A stretch of 64,000 nt of DNA from Octopus sinensis (taxonomy: Eukaryota), in the NCBI RefSeq assembly GCF_006345805.1, contig NC_043003.1, positions 16,368,001 through 16,432,000 on the forward strand, given 5' to 3'. Below, in pieces: positions 25,545-39,489 of the stretch. Positions within the stretch are counted from its first letter, which is position 1, and each line of letters opens with the position of its first letter. The notes under the pieces are model-generated. The model worked only from the letters and a program-made list of their open reading frames with translations, was not told the origin of the DNA and ran no database searches. The translations under genes were made by a program, and so were the position numbers.

Positions 25545-25965
25545 TTACTCTTTACTTTTTACTCTTTTACTTGTTTCAGTCATTTGACTGTGGCCATGCT
25601 GGAGCACCACTTTTAGTTGAGCAAATCGACTCCAAGACTTATTCTTTGTAAGCCTAATACTTATTCTATCGGTCTCTTTTTGCCGAACCGCTACGTTACG
25701 GGAACGTAAACACCAGCATCGGTTGTCAAGCGATGTTGGGTGGACAAACACAGACACACAAACATATGCACGCACGCACAAACACACAAACACACACACA
25801 CACTTACATTCTTTCAGTTTCCGTCTACCAAATCCACTTCCAAAGGCTTTGGTCGGCCCGCGCTATAGTAGAAGACACTTGCCCAAGGTGCTACGCAGTG
25901 GGACTGAACCCGGAACCATGTGGTTGGTAAGCAAGCTACTTACCACACAGCCACTCCTGTGCCTA
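25545..25965 (-). mobile_element. SINE-A, full length
   Basis: Same consensus as 24505-24935. Confidence 0.92.
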
Positions 25966-26986
25966 CTGGAATTTTATTCTCTATGTTTATGTACAAGATG
26001 AAATGACTCTGAAATTTTCGCAACTTTCCTTGCAGTTTTCCCCTCAGGTCTATTACAAACAAACAGGACAAAGATTTTCAGCCATTTAATGCACGCGTCT
26101 TCTGTTACACTTCTGTTAAACGCCTACCACTAACAAGTTCATTTTCTCCCTAATTACGTTTTGTTAGCAATATTCGGGGGCAGAGGGAAAGATGACGTTA
26201 GAAGTAAGTAATTAATTACTGAGTTAATTAATTTTATTTCACTTTATGTTTTTTTTATATATTATGTTTTCCTTCAGAAATAGATATAATTTTTCACGTT
26301 TTTGTTGTTTATAAATGAGAAGATTAAATGTTCAATAAAGGCTTAAGCAATTAATAATTAATAATAGTCAAAAATTAATTATATATTCATGTAGGAGACA
26401 CGCACACACATACATACGCCCGCGCGCACGCACACACTCACGCACAATCACGCACGCGTACACATCATATTTAGCGTGTCTATACAATGAGACAATAAAA
26501 AGGCGGTATTCATCTTGAATACGGCCAAGGGATTGAAAGCGAGGAAGAGAAAAAGATAAGAAGCATAGAGAGAAAGGGAGGATGAGAGAGGGAGACACGG
26601 AAGAAGTTAAAGACATCAAAAGATGGGGAGCGTTTCGAGATGGTCAGTCAGTGGACGTATAGACTGAAGCCAAAAGAGACTGGATGTATCGTCAACTACC
26701 TAAATCTGGACAATAATTCTTTGTTATATAATGCAGTAAAAAGTTCCCTGATGATCTGTTGTGGTTAAGCATCTAAATGCACTTGGAACATCCAATGTAG
26801 GGTTCCAAAAACGATCGCAATGGTGAAATGTACGTAGGAAGAAATCATATTCACTTGTGTTCCTTGTGGAACACCTTATCTAATAATAACATTAAGTATT
26901 GAAATTGCCTGAACACAACAAATTAGATGATAATCTACGTGGAACTCTAACCCTAACAGTGTTTACATACGCAAAGACACACACAC

Positions 26987-27064
<78 letters not shown>

Positions 27065-27201
27065 CTCTGTTTGTCTGTCTGTCTGTCTATATATAATTAA
27101 TATTTGGCAAAAGTAATGGAGTGACTCAAGAGCCAAGAGTTTCGTATATTTGATACTTGCTAACGCCCAGAACTTTCGACCTTGAATCTCTCTGTTAATT
27201 C

Positions 27202-27238
<37 letters not shown>

Positions 27239-27239
<1 letters not shown>

Positions 27240-28395
27240 TGTTGTATCTGGGGAGAGTCATTTTCTTTTTGTACCTTATGTTCACGAGAAGCGTTCCAGA
27301 AGACCACGAACATCGATAACCACCACCACCAACCAAGAAAGAGTACTGGAAACGTATCACCAATGTCCAAGAAAATCTATGCGGCAAGCGAGTCGTGAGG
27401 TAGGTATGTCAAAATCGTCTGTTCAACGCATTTTGAATGGAAAAGTTACGTTCCAAGATTAGTCCATGCTATTAATGCCGGTGATCCAGACCGGAGAGTG
27501 CAGTATTGCGAATGGAACTTGGCACGATGTGTAGAAGATGCACACTTTCCAACAAAGATTGCGTGGAGTGATGAAACCACATTCAAATTAAATGGTTCAT
27601 TTAACTGCCAAAATTACATCTACTGGGGACCTGAGGATCCGCATATTATGGCGGAACACCATGTTAATTTACCAGGAGTTACAGTGTGATGTGGCTTATG
27701 ATCAAGAGGATTAACTGGACCGTTCTTTTATGACGCTACTGTAACTGGTCCCATTTAGTTGAACTTGCTGCAACAGTCTGTCATGCCAAGCATTAGAGAA
27801 GACTTTGAAGATGAGGTGTTTTGTTTTCAGCAAGATGGGGCACCGCCACACTACCATCGCGATGTTAAATCCTTCCTTGATGAGATCTGGCTATACAGGT
27901 GGATTGGACGAAGGGGTTTCGTTCAATACCCTCCACATTCGCCAGACCTCACACCATTAGACTTTTTTTATGGGGATACCTAAAAGCCAAAGTTTACGCT
28001 CTGAAACCTACAAGAGTCGCTGACTTGAGAGCAGCCATTGAACGAGAATGCACACAGATATCAAACGAATTGTTTCGTGGTGCTTGCGATTCCATTGCTT
28101 CGTGTGGTCAGAAATGCCTGGATCAGAATGGACGTCAGTTTGAAACAGTTAAAAAAAATTTTTTTTTTACTTGTTTCAGTCATTTGACTGCGGCCATGCT
28201 GGAGCATCACCTTTAGTCGAGCAACTCGACCCCGGGACTTATTCTTTGTAAGTCCAGTACTTATTCTATCGGTCTCTTTTGCCGATCCGCTAAGTGACGG
28301 GGACGTAAACACACCAGCATCGGTTGTCAAGCAATGCTAGGGGGACAAACACAACGCACAAACACACACACAACACACACACACACACACACACA

Positions 28396-28437
<42 letters not shown>

Positions 28438-28723
28438 TACGACGGGCTCTTTTCAGTTTCCGTCTACCAAATCCCTCACAAGGCTTTGGTCGGCCCGAGG
28501 CTATAGTAGAAGACACTTGCCCAAGGTGCCACGCAGTGGACTGAACCCGGAACCATGTTGTTGGTAAACAAGCTACTTACCACACAGCCACACCTGCGCG
28601 TTGTTGACAAAACAATAAAATAATGTCAGTAAGTTCTATTAAATTTTGAAAAGGAAAAGTATTTTAATAAACACCTACTTTACAATTATCTAAAGTATGT
28701 ATACATTTTTTGGGGATACCCTG
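27239..28723 (+). mobile_element. Decayed Tc1/mariner-superfamily transposon of the DD41D (rosa/VS) type, interrupted by SINE-A
   Basis: [11 protein letters not shown] ... QQDGAPPH ... SPDLTPLDFFLWGYLK, with 41 residues between the 2nd and 3rd catalytic D. The 3' TIR ends ggggataccctg followed by TA. The 5' end is degraded. Confidence 0.85.
28160..28598 (-). mobile_element. SINE-A nested in the DD41D element
   Basis: Family consensus match. Confidence 0.92.
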
Positions 28724-29115
28724 TATATATATATATTTATATATATATATAATTACAAACAGGATCTTATACTTGGACTTAAATGTGTTGACACCTTCCT
28801 CCCTTCGTGATTACCCATACACATCAGCTGGTTATTATCATGTGACAATTGACGGAGAGAAGGTTAAAAAGATATGATTTAGTGACGTCAAATGATGTTC
28901 ACCGTTGCCCCGGAAAATTAGTCTTTAAATTGTTTTTAGCATGTATTAGCATGTTGAAAATAGTTGGGTGTATGAGGTAGGTGTGTGATTGAAAAGAATT
29001 CCTTGAAATACGAAGTTTTCAGTCTAAAATGCATACATACATACATACATACTACATACATACATACATACATACATACATACACAGACAGGGATATATA
29101 TATATATATATATAA

Positions 29116-29152
<37 letters not shown>

Positions 29153-29229
29153 ATATATATATTATACATATAATATATAATGTGTGGGTATTTATACATA
29201 CATATATATAATATAGTATAATATAATTA

Positions 29230-29631
29230 TATTTCTTTACTGCTCACAAGGGGCTAAACATAGAGGGGACAAACGGGATTAAGTCGATTACATCGACCCC
29301 GGTGCGAACTGGTACTTTATTAATCGACCCCGAAAGGATGAAAGGCGAAGTCGACCTCGGCGGAATTTGAACTTAGAACGTAGCGGCAGACGAAATACCT
29401 ATTTTTTTACTACCCACAAGGAGCTAAACACAGAGGAGACAAACAAGGACAGACAAACGGATTAAGTCGATTATATCGACACCAGTGCGTAACTGGTACT
29501 TTATTTATCGACCCCGAAATGATGAAAGGCAAAGTCGACCTCGGCGGAATTTGAACTCAGAACGTAGCGGCAGACGAAATACCGCTGAGCATTTCGCCCG
29601 GCGTACTAACGATTCTGCCAGCTCGCCGCTT
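29230..29631 (-). mobile_element. SINE-B, dimeric
   Basis: Two head-to-tail units as at 7065-7458. Confidence 0.88.
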
Positions 29632-29671
29632 ATAAATATAATATATATGTGTGTGTGTGCATGTATGTATG

Positions 29672-29715
<44 letters not shown>

Positions 29716-30014
29716 TATATATTATATATATATTATATATATATATATATAATATATATATATATATATACATATATATATACATATATACAACACACAC
29801 AAGCACACATATACATATACTATTGTCTCCATGGGAGGTTGATTTGAAAGTAGGAAGCAGCAACAGGTTTTATTTCGTTTACTTTTATTATACGCCACCG
29901 AGTTAACCAATAAATCAATTAAAAAATCGATTGTTTGAATAGTCGTTCTCTCAATCTATCAATACATCGGTCAAAGACTCTGTTTTTTTATCGTCATGAA
30001 TTATACAAAACAAT

Positions 30015-30088
<74 letters not shown>

Positions 30089-30121
30089 GTCTGTCTGTCT
30101 GTCTGTCTGTCTGTGTGTCTA

Positions 30122-30204
<83 letters not shown>

Positions 30205-30465
30205 GTCTCTCTGTCTGTCTGTCTCTTTCTCTCTCTCTCTATCTATCAATCTATCTATCTGTCTGTTTGTCTGTCTGTCTGTCTCTGTCTCTCTCTCTCT
30301 CTCTGTCTCTCTCTCTCTCTCTATCTGTCTGTTTGTCTGTCTGCCTTTCTCTCTCTATCTATCTATCTGTCTATCTATCTGTCTATCTATCTATCTGTCT
30401 GTCTGTCTGTCTATCTGTCTCTCTCTCTCTTTCTATCTCTCTATCTGTCTGTCTGTTTCTGTCTC

Positions 30466-30532
<67 letters not shown>

Positions 30533-30600
30533 CTGTCTATCTGTCTGTCTGTTCTCTCTCTCTCTCTCTCTCTCTCTCAATCTGTCTGTCTGTCTTTCTA
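30015..30600. repeat. (TCTA)n/(TCTG)n/(TC)n compound microsatellite
   Basis: Direct inspection. Confidence 0.95.
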
Positions 30601-31329
30601 ATACTCACGCACACACATACAAATATGCTTCTTATAATAATTATATTCTGTATGTCTGTTCGTTTGTCGTGACATTGTTCGTACAGCGAACAATACACAG
30701 CAAAACTTGTAAAAACGCAACACATCCGCTCACAACTACTCAACAACATATACGCACATTTATATGTGCAAGAACTCTCAGTATTTTGATGTAGTGTTTC
30801 TCAATATTTTTATCAATTCCGAAACAGCAGTTTTTTTTCGTCTCTCGCTCATTTAAAATTTGTGTCATAACTCTTTGCGTTCGAAACACATTTGGAACGA
30901 TCTATAGTGTCTTGTGCTCCCACTATCATGGAACGAGCTGTTTTGCTGGTGGAATTAACTCTTGAAAATATATTCTCTGTTAGTTATATATGCTGGTCGA
31001 GACCTTATTTGAGAACATGCCTGAATGGAATGCGATCCCTTTTTTTCTAGAGATTTTATTTTCAGGAGCCGGATCCCTCCCCATTGGTAATTGCATATTG
31101 GTTTTTAAGCTTCTTGTTCAAACCACAGTATTTCAATTATGTTCATCTTGATGATGTTGGCTATTTTTCTCATTTCTCAAATACTAAGAAAAATGTAAAT
31201 ACTTTTATAAATAAGACTTACTCAAAGGGGGCACTTTATGATACAAACTATTGTAAATCATCATCATCATCATCATCTGTTTTTCCTGCAAGACTATTTG
31301 TCTTTCAACTTTTTTGCATTGCTATTATG

Positions 31330-31797
31330 TTAGTTAGTTAGTTAGTTTGTTAGTTAGTTAATTTGGCTCAAAAGCAAATAGCAAGGCCATGTAGGGTGAC
31401 ATGGAGTTAAGTACAGGGTGGTGTTCATGTAAAGAGTTCAGGCCACTTGAGGTCCAGGGAGGCTTTGAACAAAGCGGTCGTCGGCATCTTCACCATCTCG
31501 TCTGGCAGCTTGTTCCACGGATCCGCAACCCGGACGGAGAAAGCTCCTCTCCTTCGATTGAGATGAATCGTCGCAGGTAGAGCTTTTCGGAATGACCCCG
31601 CAGCCGACGCTCTGGAGCAGGAGTGAAGAACAGCTCTTTCGAGAGGTTACACTTTCCGCTTATGATGTTGTGGGCGAGAATGAGATCACTACGGCGGCGG
31701 CGTTTTTCAAGAGAATAAAGGTCGAGCGTCCTCAGCCTTTCTTCGTAGGACAAATTTTTGAGACCATGAACCATGCGGGTAGCCAGCTTCTGGACTC
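31330..31797 (-). mobile_element. 5'-truncated CR1 LINE, near-identical to 4140-4783
   Basis: MVHGLKNLSYEERLRTLDLYSLEKRRRRSDLILAH..., same 3' UTR and (TAAC)n tail. Confidence 0.92.
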
Positions 31798-31799
31798 AT

Positions 31800-33030
31800 T
31801 CGAAGTCACTCTTTCCGTTGAATTTCTTTCCGTGTCATGCCTTAATTTTAATATCATGTCACACTCTTCCGACAGTTTCTGCAATGTTAAATCTTGGTCC
31901 ATTTCGAGTTTTGCTAGAATTCGCGTTCGGATTTCTGTATCCCTTTAATCCTTGGGCAAAAATCAAATACTTGAAAGAATCTGGAGTAAGTACATCCAGC
32001 CTAAATTTACCACATTCTTTGTTAACTCCACCCGTATAAGTAGTGAAGTCTTCATCTTCGCTCTTCTTTATGTTTAAACATTTCCATCTAGTATTAAAGA
32101 GTGAGGTTTTTTCACTAAACATTTTATATAAAATGTCAATTGTGTCGATGAAATTTATGTCGGACGGTTTTTTGTTTTTGGCAATAGGAAGTTAATATAT
32201 TGGGTTGTCCGGAAAGTTCGTGCCGATTTTTAAAGGAAATAAAGTGGTCAATAAATACTTGCCATTACATTTTTAATCAACCAAATATGAACCATTTTGT
32301 TGCACAATGCGTTTCCATCTTTCCTTTAACTTGAAAATACCCTCTTCCCAGAATTGAGGTGGTTTCATGGCAAAGAATTCATCAAGGTATCTTTTTAAGT
32401 CATCCAAGGAATTGAAATTTTTACCATTAAGACTATTCTGCAGAGACCTGAATAAGTGGAAATCCAAAGAAGCAATATCTGGTGAATATGGAGGGTGGGG
32501 TAACACATCCAGCCGAGCTGCACCAATTTTTGTCTTGTTACCAAAGCATCAAGTGCTGAAAATAAACTTTCTTACCTTCCATTTTAAAGGGTTACAGAAT
32601 TAACACAGGTTATAGGAACATAAACCTTCTTCCACGAAAAGATAGCTTAAACTCTGCTCTAAATGGAGGTGTAGTCAAATCCTATTCCATGGACTCAACC
32701 ATGTTCTAAAATAAGTCGAACGGTAAGCTACTATAAATCGGCACGAACTTTCCGGACAACTCAATACTTCTCATGGTTTTCTTAAAACTAGACACGTTTT
32801 CATTTTGTCCGTCCAATCCTGACGTTTTTCTTCAAAAATTTGTTCAAATCTTCGAAAGTAAGCCTCGAAGGTTAATCCTTCTTCGGGGTTATAATTGAAT
32901 TCACTTATAGAATCTGCTACATGGTCATGCGAAAATGTATTCTTTGGTTTGGTTATCAACTTCATTAGTTGTAACATTTTCTGCTGCAATCCTTGTTGTT
33001 CTTGTTCTTCCTTGAGTTGTTGTTGCTATA
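31800..33030 (-). mobile_element. Ty3/Gypsy-type gag remnant interrupted by a mariner MITE
   Basis: ORF 32771-32989 (FNYNPEEGLTFEAYFRRFEQIF) rejoins across the mariner TA site (EKYINFLLP) to ORF 31859-32122 (SLFNTRWKCLNIKKSEDEDFTTY..VNKEC..F..FKYLIFAQGL). This is the pattern of invertebrate Gypsy gag. Confidence 0.7.
32200..32764 (-). mobile_element. Non-autonomous mariner deletion derivative, copy 2
   Basis: Same TIRs as copy 1, TA flanks, LPHPPYSPDIASLDFHLFRSLQNSL. Confidence 0.95.
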
Positions 33031-33039
33031 TATACATAT

Positions 33040-33213
33040 ATACATATATACAACGGCTTCTTTCAGTTTCCGTCTACCAAATCCACTCACAAGGCTTTGG
33101 TCGGCCCGAGGCTATAGTAGAAGACACTTGCCCAAGGTGCCACGCAGTGGGACTGAACCCAGAACGATGTAGTTCGTAAACAAGCTACTTACCACACAGC
33201 CACTCCTACGCCT
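33040..33213 (-). mobile_element. SINE-A 5' half
   Basis: Family consensus match. Confidence 0.88.
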
Positions 33214-33650
33214 GTACTTTGTTTTGCCCAAAGCAAGGAACTTTTCAGCACCCTCTTGCACTACCTTTCGGTGATATTTTTACAGTCGATTTCATACACA
33301 TGTTTTAGTATTTCATGATCCTTCTCTAAATCCCTAGCAGCGTCAGTTTTGGAAAATGGGTTCAGGTGGGGGTCGAAACCTTCATACTGATTTAATTCAT
33401 TTTACATGACGTCACTACTCTCAAAGATATAATTAGTTTTCATTTATCTTAGTGTAAATAATAATTTCCATTATCAAACATGTAACCTTTGTAACACGAT
33501 CTTTCAACGATATACGTACGTGCTTTCAGTATCACTTAATTGTTGCATATGGGCTTAATGGAAGACGTGACTCTTTTCACCTACGACAATGGTTCCCCAA
33601 AAATTGAGAAAAAGCCCCTCCCCACAAAATTTTTAATGAAATGTATATAT

Positions 33651-33707
<57 letters not shown>

Positions 33708-34085
33708 CTCATTTACTCTTTTATTTGTTTCAGTCATTTGACTGCGGCCATGCTGGAGCACCGCCTTTAGTCGAGCAAATCAACCCCTGGAAGCCTAGTA
33801 CTTATTCTATCGGTCTCTTTTGCCGAACCACTAATTTACGGGGACGTTAACACACTAGCATCAGTTGTCAAGCGATGTTGAGGGTACAAACACAGACACA
33901 CAAACATATATATATGCATATATACGACAGGCTTCTTTCAGTTTCCGTCAACCAAATCAACTCACAACGCTTTGGACGGCCCGAGGCTATAGTAGAAGAC
34001 ACTTGCCCAAGGTGCCACGCAGTGGGATTGAACCCACAACCATGTGGCTGGTAAGCAAGCTACTTACCACACAGCCACTCCTGTA
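33708..34085 (-). mobile_element. SINE-A, full length
   Basis: Family consensus match. Confidence 0.9.
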
Positions 34086-35609
34086 TATATATATATATGT
34101 ATGTATATATATATATACCCACACACATATATATATCATATATACATGTGTGTGTGTGTGTGTGTTTGTATATGTATGTATGTATGTATATTGGTCCACA
34201 TCCTCTTTGTTAAGGAAAATGTGAATTTGTATCTCTATAATTTTACTTTACTTCGCCATGGTGTTGGAGAGGCTTAAATAGTTTAAAGCCATCATGTTTT
34301 AAATATGGCAATTTAGTTGCCGCTTTTCAATCTCCACAGCTCTCCTCACTCCCCAGGGGTTCTGACCTTTCCTATGGCAAACATTGACCTACAATTTCTC
34401 CTTGACTTTCGCTGATTTCTTTGTTTTCCTTTTGCGCGCTCTCTCTTTCTCTCGTATTGTTTTTCTCACACACTTTTCCAATGGTGTTACTATCTCTAAT
34501 CTTTCGATGACTCTTCTACTTTTTCTCCAATTACAAATACATACGTTTTCTGTCACGTAACAACTAACACAAGGCCACCAATGGGTATCACTTATTTTGT
34601 TATTATTGCTACTTTTTTGTTTATTTATCTGTTTATTTATTTTTATGGCTGATCGGCTAGTTGATAGTTTAATTCAGATATTAATTGAAATTTCGGTCAT
34701 ATTCATTTATAAGCGTAATATCACGTCATCATCATCTCATGTCTTCAACATAATAATAATAGTAATAGTTTCTCTAATGCTGTGTAGAGGCCGGCAACTG
34801 AAAAAAGCTGCGGTAGGATTTGCACTCCGACTTCGTTAAACACTCACCAATGACTTCTACCCAAACAGACCCTTCTAGTTCTCTCCTCCATGGAAGTACT
34901 TCGACTGCTTATAAGGCACGTCGTATGAGGGGGGGGGGAGCCCTAGGCGACAGAATGGATTGGAAGGATGTTGCTTGGGTGGGTGAAAAGAGGTCCTTTG
35001 GAATATTATCTAAAATTTTAGAAAACCATTTCAAAAATCATACTTACAATGAGACGTACTTTACGCATCAATTTCAAAGCTTCTCTTCCATAAAACGACT
35101 ATTTTCTCCATTTATGTAGCAACAAAACGTGGATTAGCGATCCACGAAGTTTAAAGATTGAAAAATGAAAAAAATATTTCAGATGAAACAGAAGTGAATT
35201 CCTTAATTCAACTTCCATGCGACATTGCTTTGAAACAAAACTTGAGAACGTCTCGCGAGTTAATTTCCAGTTAAATTGTTAGAAAATGTATGCAAAAATG
35301 TTTATAAAAAAATGTATATATAAGAAAGAAATCAGATACTTTATGCCTTTGTTTACAAAGCGAGAATCTGGATTCTCTAATCCGATTTACATAAATAATA
35401 TGCATATGATCAAACTGGATGTAGAGTGAGATTTCAGACTAACGTTAATTCTTTTTGAGAAAGCAAACAACACCATCCTTCACAATGAACAGGCGAAATA
35501 TATTTTTTTCTTACGTCACCTTTGTATTTCTTGTATTTCTCACTTTGTTAATTTTCTTTCGCATGAATATACGTGTTCGATTTTATATTTGCAACTTTCT
35601 CCAGTAGAC

Positions 35610-35614
35610 TGTAG

Positions 35615-35686
<72 letters not shown>

Positions 35687-35712
35687 GTAATATATATTAT
35701 ATATATATATTA

Positions 35713-35777
<65 letters not shown>

Positions 35778-35865
35778 ATTATGTATACATATATATATAT
35801 ATATATATATGTATACATATATATATATATGTATACATATATATATTATAGTATACATATATATA

Positions 35866-35920
<55 letters not shown>
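35610..35920. repeat. (TA)n tract
   Basis: Direct inspection. Confidence 0.95.
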
Positions 35921-35922
<2 letters not shown>

Positions 35923-36604
35923 TAAAAAGAATTCCAACCTTGTCTGATTTTCACGTTTTATTTACAATCTTATAATGATATATTATAAGATAATATATTA
36001 TAATTGAATAAAATAAAATGAAATAGTAGAATGTTAAATATTCATTCTGATTGAACTAGTACTTTCATGCATTGAATTCTGCAATCTTCGGGTTCATGTA
36101 GTAGTGTTGACAGTCATGCTTCACAATTTTTGACTGTAGCAAGATGATTGATTCTGTGCTATAATACAGCTGGGTAGGCTCCAGAGTGCTAGGTTTTGCA
36201 AACTGTATTCTGACCAATCAGTGTGTAGTATCACTCAATACTTAAGCTGATTGGTTGGTTGAGCTGATTGGTTTAGGCATCACGCTTTGTTGGACATGTC
36301 AAGAGTCCTGTATCTTGACCCTGGCCGAAGCAGCAATTGTTGGGTTATTTTTAGAAATGTTGTAAATATCCTTTGTCAGAGATTTTTATATTTTTATATT
36401 TCAATTGTCATCATCATCATTGTCAGCACCTTAATTATTGTTGCTAGTGGTGATGGTGGTGGCAATAGAACTTTTAACCCTAAATAAGATAATTTTCCTG
36501 CTATCTTCGTCTTGATCACCTTTAGTATTGTTGTTGTTGTTAGTGGTCATGGTCGTAGCAGTGGAAGTAATACCTCTAAGTATTATTATTATTATTATTG
36601 CTTA

Positions 36605-37224
36605 TTTAGCTTGGTTCGAATTTATCAATAAAATTCTTTTCTCTGATTTTCCTCTCGATTTCACTTGGGCTGTGTAATTTGTAGAATGGAAATATTATAT
36701 ATATTTTCCGACCACATGTTGCTAGGTGGTTACTCAAAGGTATCTGACGGACCTCTGGGTCTCTAATCTGCCCGGTGTACACGTGAGCGTTCTAATAGTG
36801 CGTTTCCCGTCTGACCTACATATATTTCTTCACAATTTGGGCATTTGATGCAGTAAATTAAATTTCTGCTTTTGCAGTCATATTCGCGTTTGTGAATATT
36901 TCCCGGTTTTTGTGTTTTATATTGACCGGTATGTATGAATTGGCATGTGCCACATCGGCTATCATTGCATTTAGATACCGTGAATGTTTGGTCTTTGTTG
37001 CTGAGGTCAAATTTTGCCTTTGTTAGTAATGTTTTCAAGTTTTTAGGCTGTCTTTTACTAAGCACCATAGCTCGATCCGTGATTATGTCTTTTAATTCAT
37101 TACTTTGGGCAATGATTGGTAGGTTTGCTTTGGCAATGTTGAAGATATTCTGGTGACATGGGTTGTGTGTCACTATGAATGGTATGACTTGTTCTTGTTT
37201 TCCATAAATGATATACATACACAT
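36605..37224 (-). mobile_element. Penelope-like element 3' fragment: Cys-rich linker and GIY-YIG endonuclease
   Basis: SKCNDSRCGTC ... NLIYCIKCPNCEEIYVGQTGNALLERSRVH, continuing out of frame to ERKIREKNFIDKFEP. Confidence 0.88.
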
Positions 37225-38029
37225 ACATATATATATATATATGTATGTGTATGTATATCATTTATGTATTTATTATTAACTCTCTGATGAAAATGTAAAT
37301 AGATATTAAAAACAAGTAAAATGTAATGTTTTGGTTATTTTAAGATCTAAGAAAATATTTTATGGTGTCTATAAATTGTTTTAATCAGAAGATTATTATT
37401 ATTATTAGATATGAATCATATCTATTTTCTTATAGGCATTAACGTGGGCTGCGAAAACAATATTACAAAAAAATGCTGGTCTACTGTCTGAAAAGTTTGG
37501 ATACGCTGTGATAATACTATTGAGAAAAATCTGTGAAAGATTATCTAACGAAATTAACATATTTATAACGACACACGTAGACAATACATAGCAGTTGTAA
37601 AAGCAGGCATAGCGCATAGCTGAGTGGTTAAGATGTTTGCCTCGCAAGCGTGAGATCTCGTGTTCGATCCTACTGTATGATGTTTCATTTAAGTGTGCTT
37701 ATCACATCTTCGGATCGACCCAAGCATTTTGAGTGAATTTAGACGGAAATTTTAAAGATGCCCTGCAATTCAAGGGTCCAGTCTTGTCATGCGGATTCTA
37801 TATAGATTAAGAGTACACGTGCTTGTGAAATGCTCAACCGCATTGCACGCTCACAGGATGTCCAATCAAAATGGAAGCCCATTATCATTGTAATAATTCA
37901 TACGTAATTATTTGATTGTGAAATATTCGTAATCTTTACATATATATAAAACTGAGGATGTGTGTTTGTCTGTCTGTCTGTGTGTTTCCCTAAAACTTGA
38001 GAACTACACAACCAATTTCATTCAAATTT

Positions 38030-38290
38030 TACGCAGGCGCAGGAGTGCCTGTGTGGTAAGTAGCTTGCTAACCAACCACATGGTTCCGGATTCAGTCCCA
38101 CTGGGTGGCATCTTGGGCAAGTGTCTTCTGCTATAGCCCCGGGATGACCAATGCCTTGTGAGTGGATTTGGTAGACGGAAACTGAAAGAAGCCTGTCGTA
38201 TATATGTATATATATATGTGTGTGTGTTTGTGTGTCTGTGTTTGTCCACCATGCTGGTGTGTTTACGCCCCCGTAACAGTAGACACACAA
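38030..38290 (+). mobile_element. SINE-A 5' half
   Basis: Family consensus match. Confidence 0.88.
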
Positions 38291-38528
38291 ACACGCGCAC
38301 ATACACACACGCACGCTTATATACATTCAAACGTATGTCTACATCATTTATTGTAATTTTTATATTATCACAAAGACTGAAACTCAAATCCAGTTCTTGA
38401 TTGGTAATTCAATATTCGCCCACTTCCCAACCTAGGGTGGGTGAAAGAGGAATTTGATATTGGTATGATTAGAACTCAATCTATTTTCTCCGACTCTGTA
38501 AAATCTATGTCAATTCCCAGCCCTTTGC

Positions 38529-39312
38529 AAGGTGGCGAGCTGGCAGAAACGTTAGAACGCCGGGCGAAATGCGTAGCCGTATTTCGTCTGCTGTTACCTT
38601 CTGAGTTCAAATTCCGCTGATGTCGACTTTGCCTTTCATCCTTTCGGGGTCGATAAATAAAGTACCAGTTATGCACTGGGGTCAATGTAATCGACTTAAT
38701 CCGTTTGTCTGTCCTTGTTTGTCCCCTCTATGTTTAGCCCCTTGTGGGCAATAAAGAAATAGGTATTTTATCTGTCCTTACGTTCTGAGTTCAAATTCTG
38801 CCGATGTCGACTTTGCCTTTCATCCTTACGGGGTCGATAAATTGAGTACCAGTTACGCACTGGGGTCGATGTAATCGATTTAATCCCTTTGTCTGTTCTT
38901 GTTTGTCCCCTCTATGTTTAGCCCGTTGTGGGCAATAAAGAAATATAAAACATTAGCACGCCGGGCGAAATGCTTAGTGGTATTTCGTCTGCCGTTACGT
39001 TGTGAGTTCAAATTCCGCCGAGGTCGACTTTGCCTTTCATCCTTTCGGGGTCGATCAATTAAGTACCAGTCGCACACTGGGGTCGATGCAATCGACTTCA
39101 TCCGTTTGTCTGTCCTTGTTTGTCCCCTCTATGTTTAGCCCCTTGTGGATAGTAAAGAAATAAGTATTTCATCTGTCTTTACGTTGTAAGTTCAATTTCC
39201 GCCGAGGTCGACTTTGCCTTTCATTCTTTCGGGGTCGATAAATTAAGTACCAGTTGCGTACTGGGGTCGATCTTATCGACTGGTCCCCTCCCCCAAAATT
39301 TCGGGCCTAGAG
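38529..39312 (+). mobile_element. SINE-B, four-unit head-to-tail array
   Basis: Junctions at ~38760, ~38945 and ~39161. The last unit ends with the alternative 3' end ...cccctcccccaaaatttcgggcc. Confidence 0.9.
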
Positions 39313-39489
39313 TAGTCGCAATCACCATCCGATCATTGAATAACAGTTTTTTTTAAATTGTTTTTTGCATTAACTGTTTTCAAATTTTGGTACAAGATCA
39401 GCAGCTGCAGGGGATTCTGTAAGTAGATTATATAAACTCCAGTGCTCAACTGGTACTTTTTTTATTGACTCCGAAAGGATGAAAGGCAA

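Noticed and set aside
33250-33400. Short open frame on the minus strand (YEGFDPHLNPFSKTDAARDLEKD...) with a possible donor
   Set aside because: No acceptable acceptor, an in-frame stop just upstream, no recognisable homology, and an adjacent mariner TIR-like fragment.
37284-37325. ctgatga-aaatgt...atatt-aaaa hammerhead-like string beside the PLE palindrome
   Set aside because: GAAA is missing and no stem I or III could be built.
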